Shown here: piece after piece, positions 16,523 to 26,036 of the stretch | Layout: each line of letters opens with the position of its first letter | Numbering within the stretch: the first letter of the stretch is position 1 | Source of the DNA: Candidatus Collierbacteria bacterium GW2011_GWB2_45_17 | GTDB lineage: Bacteria > Patescibacteriota > Microgenomatia > UBA1400 > MFAQ01 | Length of the DNA: 64,000 nt | Assembly: GCA_001001485.1 (NCBI GenBank) | Contig: LCKO01000004.1 | Coordinates: 4,761 to 68,760 of the forward strand | Direction: 5' to 3' | Made by a program: the position numbers and the translations under genes | The notes under the pieces: model-generated | The model's input: only the letters and a program-made list of their open reading frames with translations | The model's database searches: none | Told to the model about the DNA's origin: nothing

Positions 16523-16747
16523 ATGAGGAGACCTGCCAAAAAAAATAACAAAGGTTTGCTAGGAGCAGTCGGAGCGGCGGTTCTAGGAGTTGCCGCCGGA
16601 GCAGCAGCAGTATTTTTATCAAAGAAAGAAAACAGAGAGAAGGTTCAGAGAAGCGTTAGTAGTGCCGTGAAGAAAGGTAGGGTCGAGATCGGGAAAGCAA
16701 AGAAAAAAGTCGTGGCGACAAAGAAAAAACTTCTTAAGAGGAGATAG
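16523..16747 (+). CDS. Small basic hypothetical protein with one hydrophobic helix
   Basis: 74 aa, K/R-rich, GAVGAAVLGVAAGAAAVFL. Confidence 0.3.
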   Translation: MRRPAKKNNKGLLGAVGAAVLGVAAGAAAVFLSKKENREKVQRSVSSAVKKGRVEIGKAKKKVVATKKKLLKRR

Positions 16748-17504
16748 TCAAGAAGGCTACAATCGAAAGTAGAATACGATAGACCGCAAACAAAGTGAAG
16801 TCGTGTTTTTTGACGTAATCAATAAAAAGTCTGACTGCGACCAGGGCGGAAAAAAAGGAGATGAGACAACCCAACGCTAGAAGGAGATATTCTTCTGGAG
16901 AAAACCCCAGTCCTGATTTGAGAAGATCGTAGCCGGAAGCAGCTAACATGGTGGGAATGGCCAGAAAAAAGGAAAATTCTACTGCCTGAGCCCTAGTAAG
17001 TCCGAATGAAAGTCCACCAACGATAGCAGCGGCCGAACGGGAAATCCCGGGAATGATGGAGAGTGATTGGAATAGACCAATGCCCAACAGCTGAGGTGTT
17101 GATAGGTCATTTTGTGTTTTTAAACCATGGTTCATTTTGGAAATTCGGTCTACCAGCAGGAGGATGAGACCGCCAAAAAAAAGAGAGTAAACGACGATGA
17201 GAGGGTTACCGAGTAAAACATGGCGGATTAATTTGTAGAGAGTAAAACCAATTATTCCCGTGGGGATAAAGGCGATGATGGTTGACTTCCAGTTTTCCGG
17301 AGATTTAAACAGACGGTGTCGGAAAATCCAAACGACAGCCAGAATGGCGGCGAACTGAATCACGATATCGAAAGATTTAGTAAACTCCGAGGTGGTGACT
17401 GATAAATATTTTTGAGCAAGGATAAGATGGCCGGTACTGGATATGGGTAAAAATTCCGTAAGACCTTCGATAATGGAAAGAATAATTGCTTGAAAAATAG
17501 TCAC
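16734..17504 (-). CDS. uppP: Undecaprenyl-diphosphatase
   Basis: EGLTEFLPISSTGHLIL signature and multi-TM BacA topology. Confidence 0.9.
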   Translation of the reverse strand: MTIFQAIILSIIEGLTEFLPISSTGHLILAQKYLSVTTSEFTKSFDIVIQFAAILAVVWIFRHRLFKSPENWKSTIIAFIPTGIIGFTLYKLIRHVLLGNPLIVVYSLFFGGLILLLVDRISKMNHGLKTQNDLSTPQLLGIGLFQSLSIIPGISRSAAAIVGGLSFGLTRAQAVEFSFFLAIPTMLAASGYDLLKSGLGFSPEEYLLLALGCLISFFSALVAVRLFIDYVKKHDFTLFAVYRILLSIVAFLTISS

Positions 17505-17536
17505 CGGATTCTATTATACGAGGTGGCTGGTGTAAT

Positions 17537-18940
17537 ATGAAAGTGATGCAGATTACCCCTTTATCGCGAGGAGAACTTCCAAAACCACCAAGTTTTTTTA
17601 AGATGGTAGGGCCCAGCTTTATTTTGCTTGGATTGGGGCTTGGTAGTGGAGAACTGATCTTATGGCCGTATCTGACGGCTAACTACGGACTGGGAATAAT
17701 CTGGGGAGCAATCATGGGGATCACCATGCAGTGGTTTATCAATATGGAGATAAGTCGATATACCCTGGTTACCGGAGAAAGTGTTTTTGTGGGGCTGTCG
17801 AGGAAGATGGGTAGAATAATTCCGATCTGGTTTTTGGTATCCACCATTATTCCTTGGATGTGGCCAGGCATCGTTCTTTCCGGAGCAAAATTATTGGTTG
17901 ATGGTCTGGGATGGGGAGATTCAACTATCATTGCCGGAGTGATGCTGGTGATGATTGGGATTTTTTTGAGTCTAGGCCCCGTACTTTACGGAACTCAGGA
18001 AAAAATGCAAAAGATTCTGCTTTTGGTTGGACTACCTTTCGTTTTGGGACTGTCTTGGTGGTTGGCTACCAGAAATGGTCTGACGGCGCTGAGTCTCGGT
18101 ATCTGGGGTAAGGGTGAGGGCTACTGGTTTTTGCCGGCAGGGGTACAGTTATCGGCTTTTTTGGCGGCGGTGGCTTTCTCCGGCGCCGGAGGAAACTTAA
18201 ATCTTGGACAGTCACAAAATATTAAAGAAAAAGGTTATGGCATGGGACTTGGATCAGGGAGAATCACAAGTTTGTTGACCGGGAGAAAAGAAACGATAGT
18301 CCTGACCGGTAAAGATTTTGAAATAAATAATAACAGTTTAAATATATTTTCAAGATGGTGGAGACTGATGAACTGGGAACAGGGAATTGTTTTTTGGTTG
18401 ACTGGAGTAATATCGATAATTTCGCTATCCCTACTGGCATACGAAACGATCTATGGTAAAACCGGAGGTTTGACCGGAGTTAATTTTATTGTCGCAGAAA
18501 GTGGCTATATCGGATCAGTCACCTCTCTATTTATTGGAAAGGCCTTTTTAATATTATTGGGGCTGATGTTAGTCGCGACTCAGTTTTCGGTAATCGGCAC
18601 GACGACAAAAATATTGGCGGAAAATTGGCTTCTTCTAAACTGGGACAAACATCGTTCTGAAAACTTGCCAAAGTATTTTTATACTCTACTTTGGATGCAA
18701 ATCGGTCTGATGCTGGCGGTTTTAGCATTCGGCTTTAGAGAACCATTACAGCTGGTATTAATCAGTGCGGTGATGAATTCTTGGACGATGGTAATATATT
18801 CCGGTTTGGTACTTTGGCTTAATACTAAAGGCTTGGATAAAAGACTGGCGCCGAGTTATTGGCGTAGAAGTGTACTGCTGGGGGCAATTATCTTTTTGAC
18901 GGTCTTGGGAGTTTTGGCTCTGAAGCAGTTACTTTCTTAG
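17537..18940 (+). CDS. Nramp-related polytopic membrane transporter-like protein (divergent)
   Basis: About 11-12 TM helices; the N-terminal GPSFILLGLGLGSGELILWPYLTANYG resembles the Nramp first-TM motif but the DPGN is replaced. Confidence 0.4.
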   Translation: MKVMQITPLSRGELPKPPSFFKMVGPSFILLGLGLGSGELILWPYLTANYGLGIIWGAIMGITMQWFINMEISRYTLVTGESVFVGLSRKMGRIIPIWFLVSTIIPWMWPGIVLSGAKLLVDGLGWGDSTIIAGVMLVMIGIFLSLGPVLYGTQEKMQKILLLVGLPFVLGLSWWLATRNGLTALSLGIWGKGEGYWFLPAGVQLSAFLAAVAFSGAGGNLNLGQSQNIKEKGYGMGLGSGRITSLLTGRKETIVLTGKDFEINNNSLNIFSRWWRLMNWEQGIVFWLTGVISIISLSLLAYETIYGKTGGLTGVNFIVAESGYIGSVTSLFIGKAFLILLGLMLVATQFSVIGTTTKILAENWLLLNWDKHRSENLPKYFYTLLWMQIGLMLAVLAFGFREPLQLVLISAVMNSWTMVIYSGLVLWLNTKGLDKRLAPSYWRRSVLLGAIIFLTVLGVLALKQLLS

Positions 18941-19678
18941 TCTGGGACTAATCATCAAGAAACGGGGGACGCGAAAGACATCTGGTTCGATTTTGGCTGA
19001 TAAAAGATTGGGAACGGTAAAGTCTTTGAGAGTGTGAGTATCATCAATTTCGATAATGGCCAGACCGAGATCGGAAAGAAAAATGGGTAGGGTTTTGATG
19101 AGCTGATTAATGAGAGAGGTTCCTTGTGGGCCACCGTCTAGGGCGAGCAAGGGTTCAAAATCTTTGACCGAAGCGTCTAGGATAGAAATATTTTTCGAAG
19201 GGATGTAGGGCAGATTGGCCAGAACGATATCAAACTTTATTTTGGGAAAATTTTCAAGAAGATTGGACTGTTCAAAAAAGAGGTTGACGGTGGAGGGAAG
19301 TAATCTGGAAGCGTTATTTTTGGTCACATCGAGAGCTTGGGGAGAGATGTCGGAGAGATAAATGGTATAGGGGATTTGTTTTTTTTGGAGACTGACTGCC
19401 AGTGAAAGTCCGAGACAGCCGGAACCGGTGCCAACGTCGGCGATGGTTGGATGAGTCAGCTCATGGTTGGCTATAAATTGCTCAACCAACTGGACAATTT
19501 TTTCCGATTCGAGTCGAGGAATGAGGGTTGATTCATTTACCAAGAAGTCCAGACCACAAAACTCGGCGTGACCGGTGAGATATTCTACCGGTTTTTCACC
19601 CAGACTGGGATTTGTGTCCGAAAAGCCATGTTTTCTAAGGTGGTTTACCTCCAGTGGGGTTAAGACGCGTTTGGGCAT
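18929..19678 (-). CDS. prmC: Release-factor glutamine N5-methyltransferase PrmC/HemK
   Basis: PVEYLTGHAEFCGLDFLVNESTLIPRLESE, ADVGTGSGCLGLSLA, NLPYIP (NPPY variant). Start at ATG 19678; the ORF-track start 19744 overlaps the upstream gene by 60 nt. Confidence 0.8.
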   Translation of the reverse strand: MPKRVLTPLEVNHLRKHGFSDTNPSLGEKPVEYLTGHAEFCGLDFLVNESTLIPRLESEKIVQLVEQFIANHELTHPTIADVGTGSGCLGLSLAVSLQKKQIPYTIYLSDISPQALDVTKNNASRLLPSTVNLFFEQSNLLENFPKIKFDIVLANLPYIPSKNISILDASVKDFEPLLALDGGPQGTSLINQLIKTLPIFLSDLGLAIIEIDDTHTLKDFTVPNLLSAKIEPDVFRVPRFLMISPRLRK

Positions 19679-19682
19679 GGGA

Positions 19683-20438
19683 TTAAGGAGTGGAGAAGGT
19701 GTATTCGGAGGTGGCGACCGGTTTGCCGCCAATTTCCAAAACAATCAGGTATTTGTAGAGGGTACCGGGGAGAAGGCCTTCGACGCTGAGAAGATGATTG
19801 GTTTCCGGAGTGGTGGAGACAGGGTAGGTCTGGGTAAGACCTTCGATAAAACGAATTGAAGTTTTTGCCGGCCTTTGGGTAGAAAAAGAGATAAGCACTT
19901 GGGTAGAAGAGATGGGGGTGATGAGGGGTGAAGTGAGGATTTCGGATGCTTTAGTGCGAGTTTCTTGACTGGTGCCAACTTGCCGGATGATCGAGGGCAG
20001 TAGCGTAGCGAAGGAAAAGATAACCAGTATGGGAATTAGGACGGCAAAAGCCGATCGAAGAGGAATGCCCCAGAGCTTGTGATAATAAATTTTGGACTGC
20101 TGTGCCTGTTTAAAGAGAAGTAATTGATTTTTGGAGAAAAAGTCTCCGTGATTATTGGGGCAGTTATAGACAGTGACGGTCTGAGGAACCGAGTCGTCTT
20201 TGATGCCAGGCATAGTCTGTCCGCATTTAGGACAGATCGGGGTAGTGGCGGGAAAGGTGTGGCTTTTGGGAATGATCGAGTCGATATTTCTGGCTGTTTC
20301 AATGGTAAGAAAATTAGCTAAGTAAGGTTCCAGCAAATGGCCGCCACAGTTAAGGCACTCCGCAACCGAATGAATTTGTCCATCAGAAGTTTCGATTTCG
20401 ATAGCTGAGAGTGGCTGGTGACATTGAGGGCAGTCCAT
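19683..20438 (-). CDS. Hypothetical protein with two N-terminal zinc ribbons, a TM helix and a C-terminal beta-rich (FN3-like) domain
   Basis: CPQCH...CLNCGG and CPKCG...CPNNHG; TM helix AFAVLIPILVIFSFATLLPSII. Confidence 0.45.
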   Translation of the reverse strand: MDCPQCHQPLSAIEIETSDGQIHSVAECLNCGGHLLEPYLANFLTIETARNIDSIIPKSHTFPATTPICPKCGQTMPGIKDDSVPQTVTVYNCPNNHGDFFSKNQLLLFKQAQQSKIYYHKLWGIPLRSAFAVLIPILVIFSFATLLPSIIRQVGTSQETRTKASEILTSPLITPISSTQVLISFSTQRPAKTSIRFIEGLTQTYPVSTTPETNHLLSVEGLLPGTLYKYLIVLEIGGKPVATSEYTFSTP

Positions 20439-20471
20439 GGTTCATTTTAACATTCTGGTAAACTGAAGGAT

Positions 20472-21818
20472 ATGCGATTGAAGTTTATGGGAGCGGCCGC
20501 GACCGTAACGGGGTCGAACTTTTTTTTGAGTAGTGAAAAAACCGGATTGATGGTGGATTTTGGTATGTTCCAAGGAAAACCGGAAGAGGTTGAATTGAAT
20601 TCAGTTAAACCAGACATGGATTTTACAAAATTATCGGGAGTGATTCTGACTCATGCACACCTGGATCATTGCGGAAGATTACCGCTTCTAGCCCGTTATG
20701 GTTTTAAAGGGCCTATTTTTATGACAGAGGCGACCAAGGCTTTGGCTGAGCTGGTGCTCTATGACTGCGCGAAGATAGCCAAAGAAGCGGAGGGGAGATC
20801 AATACTTTATACAGATGAAGACGTCGAAGTAATTTTGAAGCAGGTTTCTTTGGTTGAGTACGACAAGCGATTCGACATTGGAGGTTTTACGGTTACCTTG
20901 GTGGATGCCGGTCACATTTTGGGATCGGCTAGCGTAGTGGTGGAAGAGCGCGCTACAGGTAAAAGCGTGGCTTTTAGTGGAGATTTGGGAAATACCCCAG
21001 AGCCGTTACTTTCGCCGACTCACTTTGTAAACAAAGCTAAGGTGGCGGTGGTGGAATCGACTTACGGCGACGAGATACACGGACCAAGAGAGGAGATCGA
21101 AGACTTGGTGAAGATTATTCAAAAGGCAGAAAGAGAAAAGGGGACGGTTTTGATTCCCTCTTTTTCGATAGAGAGAGCGCAAGAACTTTTGTATATTTTT
21201 GATCAGCTGAAGAAGGATGGGAGAATGGCGTATGAAACACCGGTGTTTTTGGATAGTCCAATGGCGATTAAAGCGACAACGATCTTTAAGGATTTTCCGG
21301 TGCTATATAGCCAGAAGCTTAAAGATCAAGTAAAAACGGATGACCCTTTTGATTTTCCGGGTTTGATGATTTGTGACAGTATGGAAAAGAGCAAACAAAT
21401 TAAAAACTATGAAGGAACAAAGGTAATTGTGGCCGGCAGTGGCATGATGAGTGGGGGTAGAGTAGTTCATCATGCCTTAAATTATTTAGAGGATCCCAAA
21501 ACTCAACTGGTTTTTGTTGGCTATCAAGCAGAGGGGACACTGGGAAGAGAAATTTTGGATGGAAAGAAGAGGGTAAATATTTGGCGAAGTCAGGTAGAGG
21601 TTAAGGCAGAGATACTGGAAATTAAGACGATGAGTGCTCATGCCGACCAGGAACAGGTGCTTAATTGGCTAAAGAAGATTGAAGGTTTGGAAGAAGTAGC
21701 TTTGATCCACGGAGAAGACTTGGCGAGATTAGTATTAAGTGAGAAAATTCATCAGGAACTACCGGATGTTAAAGTAATATTACCTATAATCAATCAGGAG
21801 ATTAAAATTGATTCATAA
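20472..21818 (+). CDS. MBL-fold beta-CASP family RNA-metabolising hydrolase (CPSF/RNase J-like)
   Basis: HAHLDHCGRLP motif 2, downstream D and H motifs, beta-CASP length and organisation. Confidence 0.8.
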   Translation: MRLKFMGAAATVTGSNFFLSSEKTGLMVDFGMFQGKPEEVELNSVKPDMDFTKLSGVILTHAHLDHCGRLPLLARYGFKGPIFMTEATKALAELVLYDCAKIAKEAEGRSILYTDEDVEVILKQVSLVEYDKRFDIGGFTVTLVDAGHILGSASVVVEERATGKSVAFSGDLGNTPEPLLSPTHFVNKAKVAVVESTYGDEIHGPREEIEDLVKIIQKAEREKGTVLIPSFSIERAQELLYIFDQLKKDGRMAYETPVFLDSPMAIKATTIFKDFPVLYSQKLKDQVKTDDPFDFPGLMICDSMEKSKQIKNYEGTKVIVAGSGMMSGGRVVHHALNYLEDPKTQLVFVGYQAEGTLGREILDGKKRVNIWRSQVEVKAEILEIKTMSAHADQEQVLNWLKKIEGLEEVALIHGEDLARLVLSEKIHQELPDVKVILPIINQEIKIDS

Positions 21819-22337
21819 ATGAAAAAAATAATTACGATCATCCTTGGTTCGGCTTTATTTTTGTCTGTCGGTGTTGTTTTTGCCCAAGAGTTGACGCTCA
21901 CCAAGGTGGGGGTCTTGTCTACAGTGGGAGTAGATTACAGCTCGATAGACTATACAGGAGCAATCCCGACACTAGAAGGAACAGCTACACCCTCGGCGCA
22001 GGTATTAATTAAAATAAAAACCTCAACCGAGGCGACCGTAGCCGCCAGTCCTAGTGGGGTGTGGAAGTTTACCCCGGGCGTATTAAGTTTGGGGAGTAGT
22101 TCGATTGTGATTACCTCAGGATCTCAATCAATTTCTTTTTCACTGAACTTTAATGCGACACCGGCGGCCACGCCTACCGCGACGGCCACACCGACACCAA
22201 TTCCCGAAGAACTTCCCGATGCCGGAGTTTGGGAGTATTACTTGCCGGTAATTGGTGCAGGAATTTTGGTATTATTTTTAGGAAAATATATCAAAGAAAA
22301 AATGTTGTCCTGGGAAGGTAGGAAGGATGGGAAATAG
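21819..22337 (+). CDS. Secreted cell-surface protein with sortase-like C-terminal sorting signal (LPDAG + TM + basic tail)
   Basis: N-terminal signal peptide MKKIITIILGSALFLSVGVVFA; C-terminal PEELPDAG-VWEYYLPVIGAGILVLFLG-KYIKEK. Confidence 0.45.
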   Translation: MKKIITIILGSALFLSVGVVFAQELTLTKVGVLSTVGVDYSSIDYTGAIPTLEGTATPSAQVLIKIKTSTEATVAASPSGVWKFTPGVLSLGSSSIVITSGSQSISFSLNFNATPAATPTATATPTPIPEELPDAGVWEYYLPVIGAGILVLFLGKYIKEKMLSWEGRKDGK

Positions 22338-22956
22338 AGTTGAGGTAATTTACGATATTGAGACAAAAAGTTTTTTTGACGACACAAATTTTCGGGATCC
22401 GTCTACGCTGGGGATATCAATCGTATCCGCTTACAGGAGGGAAGTCGATAGAGAACTGAATGAAGTTTCCGGAGAGATGAAAAGTTTTTGGGAACGAGAC
22501 TTCGAAAAGATGTGGAGCTGGTTTGAGGAGGCAGATAGAATTATTGGTTACAACTCGTTGGGGTTTGATAATCCGGCGATGAATGGAATTTACACTAGAG
22601 GAGATTTTACCAAATTGAAACACCTTGATATTTTGGATGAGATAAAAAGGGTTTTTGGACATAGAGTGAAGCTCGATAGTGTGGCGAAGGAAACTCTGGG
22701 TCAGGGCAAGATCGCCGGTGGAGCTGAAGCCGTCAAGTGGTGGGAGAAAGGCGATCCCGAGAGCCTGGCCAATCTGAAAAAATACTGTGAAATGGATGTG
22801 GAGGTGACTAGGAAAATTTATGATTATGGACTGAAGAATGGGAAGCTCAAGTTTAAAGACAGGTGGAATGAAATGAGGGAGATAGAGGTAGACTTTTCTT
22901 ATCCTGAAGCGTTGGTGGTCGAAAAGCCAGCAGAAGAGCAAATGGGTCTGTTTTAG
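22327..22956 (+). CDS. DEDD-family 3'-5' exonuclease (DnaQ/RNase T-like)
   Basis: Exo I VIYDIETKS, Exo II IIGYNSLGFDNPAM, Exo III YCEMDVEVTRKIYDY. Confidence 0.7.
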   Translation: MGNRVEVIYDIETKSFFDDTNFRDPSTLGISIVSAYRREVDRELNEVSGEMKSFWERDFEKMWSWFEEADRIIGYNSLGFDNPAMNGIYTRGDFTKLKHLDILDEIKRVFGHRVKLDSVAKETLGQGKIAGGAEAVKWWEKGDPESLANLKKYCEMDVEVTRKIYDYGLKNGKLKFKDRWNEMREIEVDFSYPEALVVEKPAEEQMGLF

Positions 22957-22972
22957 GTGATAAAATACATTT

Positions 22973-23224
22973 ATGGTAAACACAAAAAAGCGTAAAATAC
23001 TCGAGTACAATGCGGTTTTTCAGGCAGAAAATGATGGTGGCTATTCGGTTTGGGTTCCGGGTTTGCCGGGGTGTACTTCTCAGGGGGAGACTTTTGACCT
23101 GGCTATGGAGAATATCCGTGAGGCGATCGGGCTTTATCTGGAGGATGAGCAGACAAAGGTAGAGTTTCCAGATGAGCGAGGTCAACGTCAGTTTTTGATT
23201 CCAGTAACCTATCAATATGCCTAA
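22973..23224 (+). CDS. hicB: Type II antitoxin HicB
   Basis: YNAVFQAENDGGYSVWVPGLPGCTSQGETFDLAMENIREAIGLYLE, the canonical HicB/UPF0150 pattern. Confidence 0.8.
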   Translation: MVNTKKRKILEYNAVFQAENDGGYSVWVPGLPGCTSQGETFDLAMENIREAIGLYLEDEQTKVEFPDERGQRQFLIPVTYQYA

Positions 23225-23453
23225 ACTGCCAGTAATTTCGGCACAGGTTTTGATAAGAGTTTTGTTAAAAATTGGCTTTGTGATTATTTCTCAACGAGGG
23301 AGTCATATTAAATTGCGTCGTGAAGTGGGGCGTAAAGTGCAAATGGTGATTGTTCCCAATCACAAGATTCTCAAACCAGGGACGTTGCGTAATGGTATTC
23401 TCAAAGCAATTGACCTATCAGTTGATGAATTAAATCAACTACTCAAAAAATAG
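23217..23453 (+). CDS. hicA: Type II toxin HicA (mRNA interferase)
   Basis: LPVISAQVLIRVLLKIGFVIISQRGSHIKLRR...PNHKILKPGTLRNGILKAIDL, the YcfA/HicA pattern; overlaps hicB by 8 nt. Confidence 0.8.
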   Translation: MPKLPVISAQVLIRVLLKIGFVIISQRGSHIKLRREVGRKVQMVIVPNHKILKPGTLRNGILKAIDLSVDELNQLLKK

Positions 23454-24154
23454 TGTCTCTCAGTCCTAGTGGGGTTGTTATAGAGCAAAATTCGGTTATG
23501 AATAAAGAAATAAATAACAAAACCCTTAGAATACTTATTCTCTGGATGCTAATTTTTGGGGCCGTAGAGGTGTTTTTTCTTAACGTAATAACAATGGATA
23601 ACTATCTAATTGCCATTCCATATTTCCTCACAATTATTTTGATGGTAGTAACGTTTAACAAAACCATATTTAGAATAGTCACAAGAGAGACAAAAACAGA
23701 TAAATACCTACTACTAATTATTCCGCTGATATTGCACGGACTAATATATTGGGTTTGTGTAAAATATCTCAGAGAACCGACCGAGCTCATTAGAAATAAC
23801 TCTGTTTCATTTTTGTCGTTAAACAAATTTTATCTATGGGTAAAACCACTACATGTTTTACTGCAACAAATGATGATTATCGTATTAGTCAAAAAGTTAC
23901 ATCAGAATAATGTTAGTTTGAGAGAAATCATGGTTTTTACTGCCATACTTTTTGGAGCCACTCACATTTATCCTTTTCTGGTAGGTAGTATGACGTTACC
24001 CATTGCCTCATATTTTACAGGCTTTGCAGTTGCTGGATCGATCATATTCCCTCATCAAATTCTAATGGTTAAGAATGGATATCTGAATAATATCATCATG
24101 CACACGATGTTTTATTCTTTGTCAGCTTTGTTGTTTTGGTCATTATATGGATAA
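23453..24154 (+). CDS. Polytopic membrane protein, possibly CPBP/Abi-family intramembrane protease-like
   Basis: 6-7 TM helices; the late FGATHIYPF resembles the CPBP FxxxH motif; otherwise weak. Confidence 0.35.
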   Translation: MSLSPSGVVIEQNSVMNKEINNKTLRILILWMLIFGAVEVFFLNVITMDNYLIAIPYFLTIILMVVTFNKTIFRIVTRETKTDKYLLLIIPLILHGLIYWVCVKYLREPTELIRNNSVSFLSLNKFYLWVKPLHVLLQQMMIIVLVKKLHQNNVSLREIMVFTAILFGATHIYPFLVGSMTLPIASYFTGFAVAGSIIFPHQILMVKNGYLNNIIMHTMFYSLSALLFWSLYG

Positions 24155-24188
24155 GTCTATTTAGATTCAAGATAAAAAATATCTAAAG

Positions 24189-24821
24189 ATGTTTATTGAA
24201 GAAAAAGAATTGATAGATGACCAGATAAGAGCGCTTAACATGGATTCGATTATGCTCTTGGATGATCGCTTAGATGAAAACTACACCATTAATTTTGTAT
24301 TGGATAAACCTGAGTGGAGGAAGCTTTATGAAAAACTGACCTGTGAATTTGAGAAGTCTGACAGCGGACTTTATGTGTATCCATTTGAAAGATTGCACAT
24401 GACTTTGCTAGGAAGAATTGATAAGAGGATAGATGAAAACCGAATCGTTGAGACATTGAAAGGTAATTTGGTGGGGAAGACGCTTGTTTTTAAGGTGGGA
24501 TACTTGGCTTGTAATGAGCTGGGAGTGTCAGCGGTTTCGGAACCGGAGTTCGATCTGGCGGAGCTGAGGAATAAAATTAGAAAAGATTTGGATATAAAAG
24601 GAGATGATTATACTAAGTACTTACCTATCTATGAGAGGCTGGGGTGGTTTAACTTTATTAGATTTCAGGACTACCCCGGAGAGAAGTTTTTTGAAACTTT
24701 GTGGAACATGAGGGATTATCAGTTTGGAGAATTCGAGGCAAGAGATGTCGATATTTACCTAAATACCAGCCGGACGATGGATCCGGAGAAGTGCAAGTTG
24801 ATCGAGAAAGTAACTTTTTAG
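24189..24821 (+). CDS. Hypothetical protein
   Basis: Intact 210-aa ORF. A single HMTLLG (2H-phosphoesterase-like) motif, but no second HxT/S motif was found. Confidence 0.35.
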   Translation: MFIEEKELIDDQIRALNMDSIMLLDDRLDENYTINFVLDKPEWRKLYEKLTCEFEKSDSGLYVYPFERLHMTLLGRIDKRIDENRIVETLKGNLVGKTLVFKVGYLACNELGVSAVSEPEFDLAELRNKIRKDLDIKGDDYTKYLPIYERLGWFNFIRFQDYPGEKFFETLWNMRDYQFGEFEARDVDIYLNTSRTMDPEKCKLIEKVTF

Positions 24822-24844
24822 GTCTTTGTGGGCAAATCAGTAGA

Positions 24845-24874
24845 TTGACGGGGAAAAGATACTTGGAGTATAAT
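24845..24874 (+). promoter_or_regulatory. Candidate sigma-70 promoter for the Rrf2-suf operon (TTGACG-18-TATAAT)
   Basis: ttgacg at 24845-24850 and tataat at 24869-24874, 12 nt upstream of the Rrf2 start. Confidence 0.45.
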
Positions 24875-24885
24875 AGTCCAAGTAT

Positions 24886-25272
24886 ATGTTTACACTCACC
24901 AAAAGGGCGGATTATGGACTATCTTTGCTTTCGATCTTGGCTGAAAAAGGCCGAGGGGGTAGAGTTAGTCTTAAAGAACTGGGAGAGATGGGAATGCCGA
25001 GAGCGTTTATGGCCAAGATTGTCACCCCGCTAATTGAGGCTGGAATTTTGAACTCGAAAGAGGGAAGAGGGGGTGGATTTGCTCTTAACTATGATCCTAA
25101 GGAGATTCAGATCAAAGAGGCTCTGGAGGCCATTGAAGGAGAGGTAGAGCCGGTTTCTTGTGGAGGGTGCCCCGCTGGAGACTGTTGCAACCAGCAGGAT
25201 TTTATGGAGAGATTGACGAAAGATATTAATAAATTGTTGGAAAAATATACGTTGGAGGATCTTATCAAATGA
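24886..25272 (+). CDS. Rrf2-family transcriptional regulator (IscR/SufR-like)
   Basis: LTKRADYGLSLLSILAEKG...VSLKELGEMGMPRAFMAKIVTPLIEAGILNSKEGRGGGFAL plus a C-terminal Cys cluster (CGGCPAGDCC). Confidence 0.85.
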   Translation: MFTLTKRADYGLSLLSILAEKGRGGRVSLKELGEMGMPRAFMAKIVTPLIEAGILNSKEGRGGGFALNYDPKEIQIKEALEAIEGEVEPVSCGGCPAGDCCNQQDFMERLTKDINKLLEKYTLEDLIK

Positions 25273-26036
25273 ATTATCGGGCGACCGCAGAGGGTCGCCC
25301 CTACACGAATATGTTAAAGATAAAAAATTTAAAAATTGAAGTTGGTGGAAAAGAAATTTTGAAAGGGGTGGATTTGGAGGTGGGGAAGGGAGAAGTGGTG
25401 GCGTTGATGGGACCGAACGGGTCGGGAAAGTCAAGTTTGTCGAATACCTTGATGGGAAATCCAAACTATGAAATAACTGAAGGAGAGATGATTTTTGAAG
25501 GAAAAAATATCGGAGAAATGTCTCCGGACGAGCGCGCTGGACTAGGGATATTTATGGCCTTTCAGTACCCGGTAGCCATTCCCGGGGTAACGGTCAGAGA
25601 GATGTTGATTACCTCACTTAGGTCTCGTGGACAGGAAGTAAAAGCAATTGATGTCAAAAGACAGGTGGAAGAAATTGCCAAAGAGCTAAGAATAAGTGAA
25701 GATCTTTTGTCTCGAGGACTCAATGAGGGTTTTAGTGGAGGTGAAAAGAAGAAGATGGAAATACTGCAGATGAAGGTTTTGCAACCAAAACTGGCTATTT
25801 TGGATGAGACTGATAGTGGATTGGATCTGGACGCGATGAATTTTGTGGCTTTTGAAGTCCAGAGGCAGATTCAACAAACAGGAATGTCGGTGATTTTGAT
25901 TACCCATTATCAAAAAATGCTGACCCTGATTAATGTAGACAAGGTAGCAGTTTTGAAAAAAGGTTTGGTGGTAGACAGAGGAGGAAAAGAGCTGATAGAA
26001 GAATTAGGAAAAAACGGTTACAAAAAATATGAGTAG
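25269..26036 (+). CDS. sufC: Fe-S cluster assembly ATPase SufC
   Basis: Walker A GPNGSGKSSL, ABC signature FSGGEKKK, Walker B ILDETDSGLD. Possible true start at MLKIKNL (25311). Confidence 0.9.
   Translation: MNYRATAEGRPYTNMLKIKNLKIEVGGKEILKGVDLEVGKGEVVALMGPNGSGKSSLSNTLMGNPNYEITEGEMIFEGKNIGEMSPDERAGLGIFMAFQYPVAIPGVTVREMLITSLRSRGQEVKAIDVKRQVEEIAKELRISEDLLSRGLNEGFSGGEKKKMEILQMKVLQPKLAILDETDSGLDLDAMNFVAFEVQRQIQQTGMSVILITHYQKMLTLINVDKVAVLKKGLVVDRGGKELIEELGKNGYKKYE

Noticed and set aside
24189-24821. 2',5'-RNA-ligase (LigT/2H phosphoesterase) assignment for the 24189..24821 protein
   Set aside because: Only one HxT/SxxG motif (HMTLLG) is present. The second catalytic motif required for the 2H fold could not be found.
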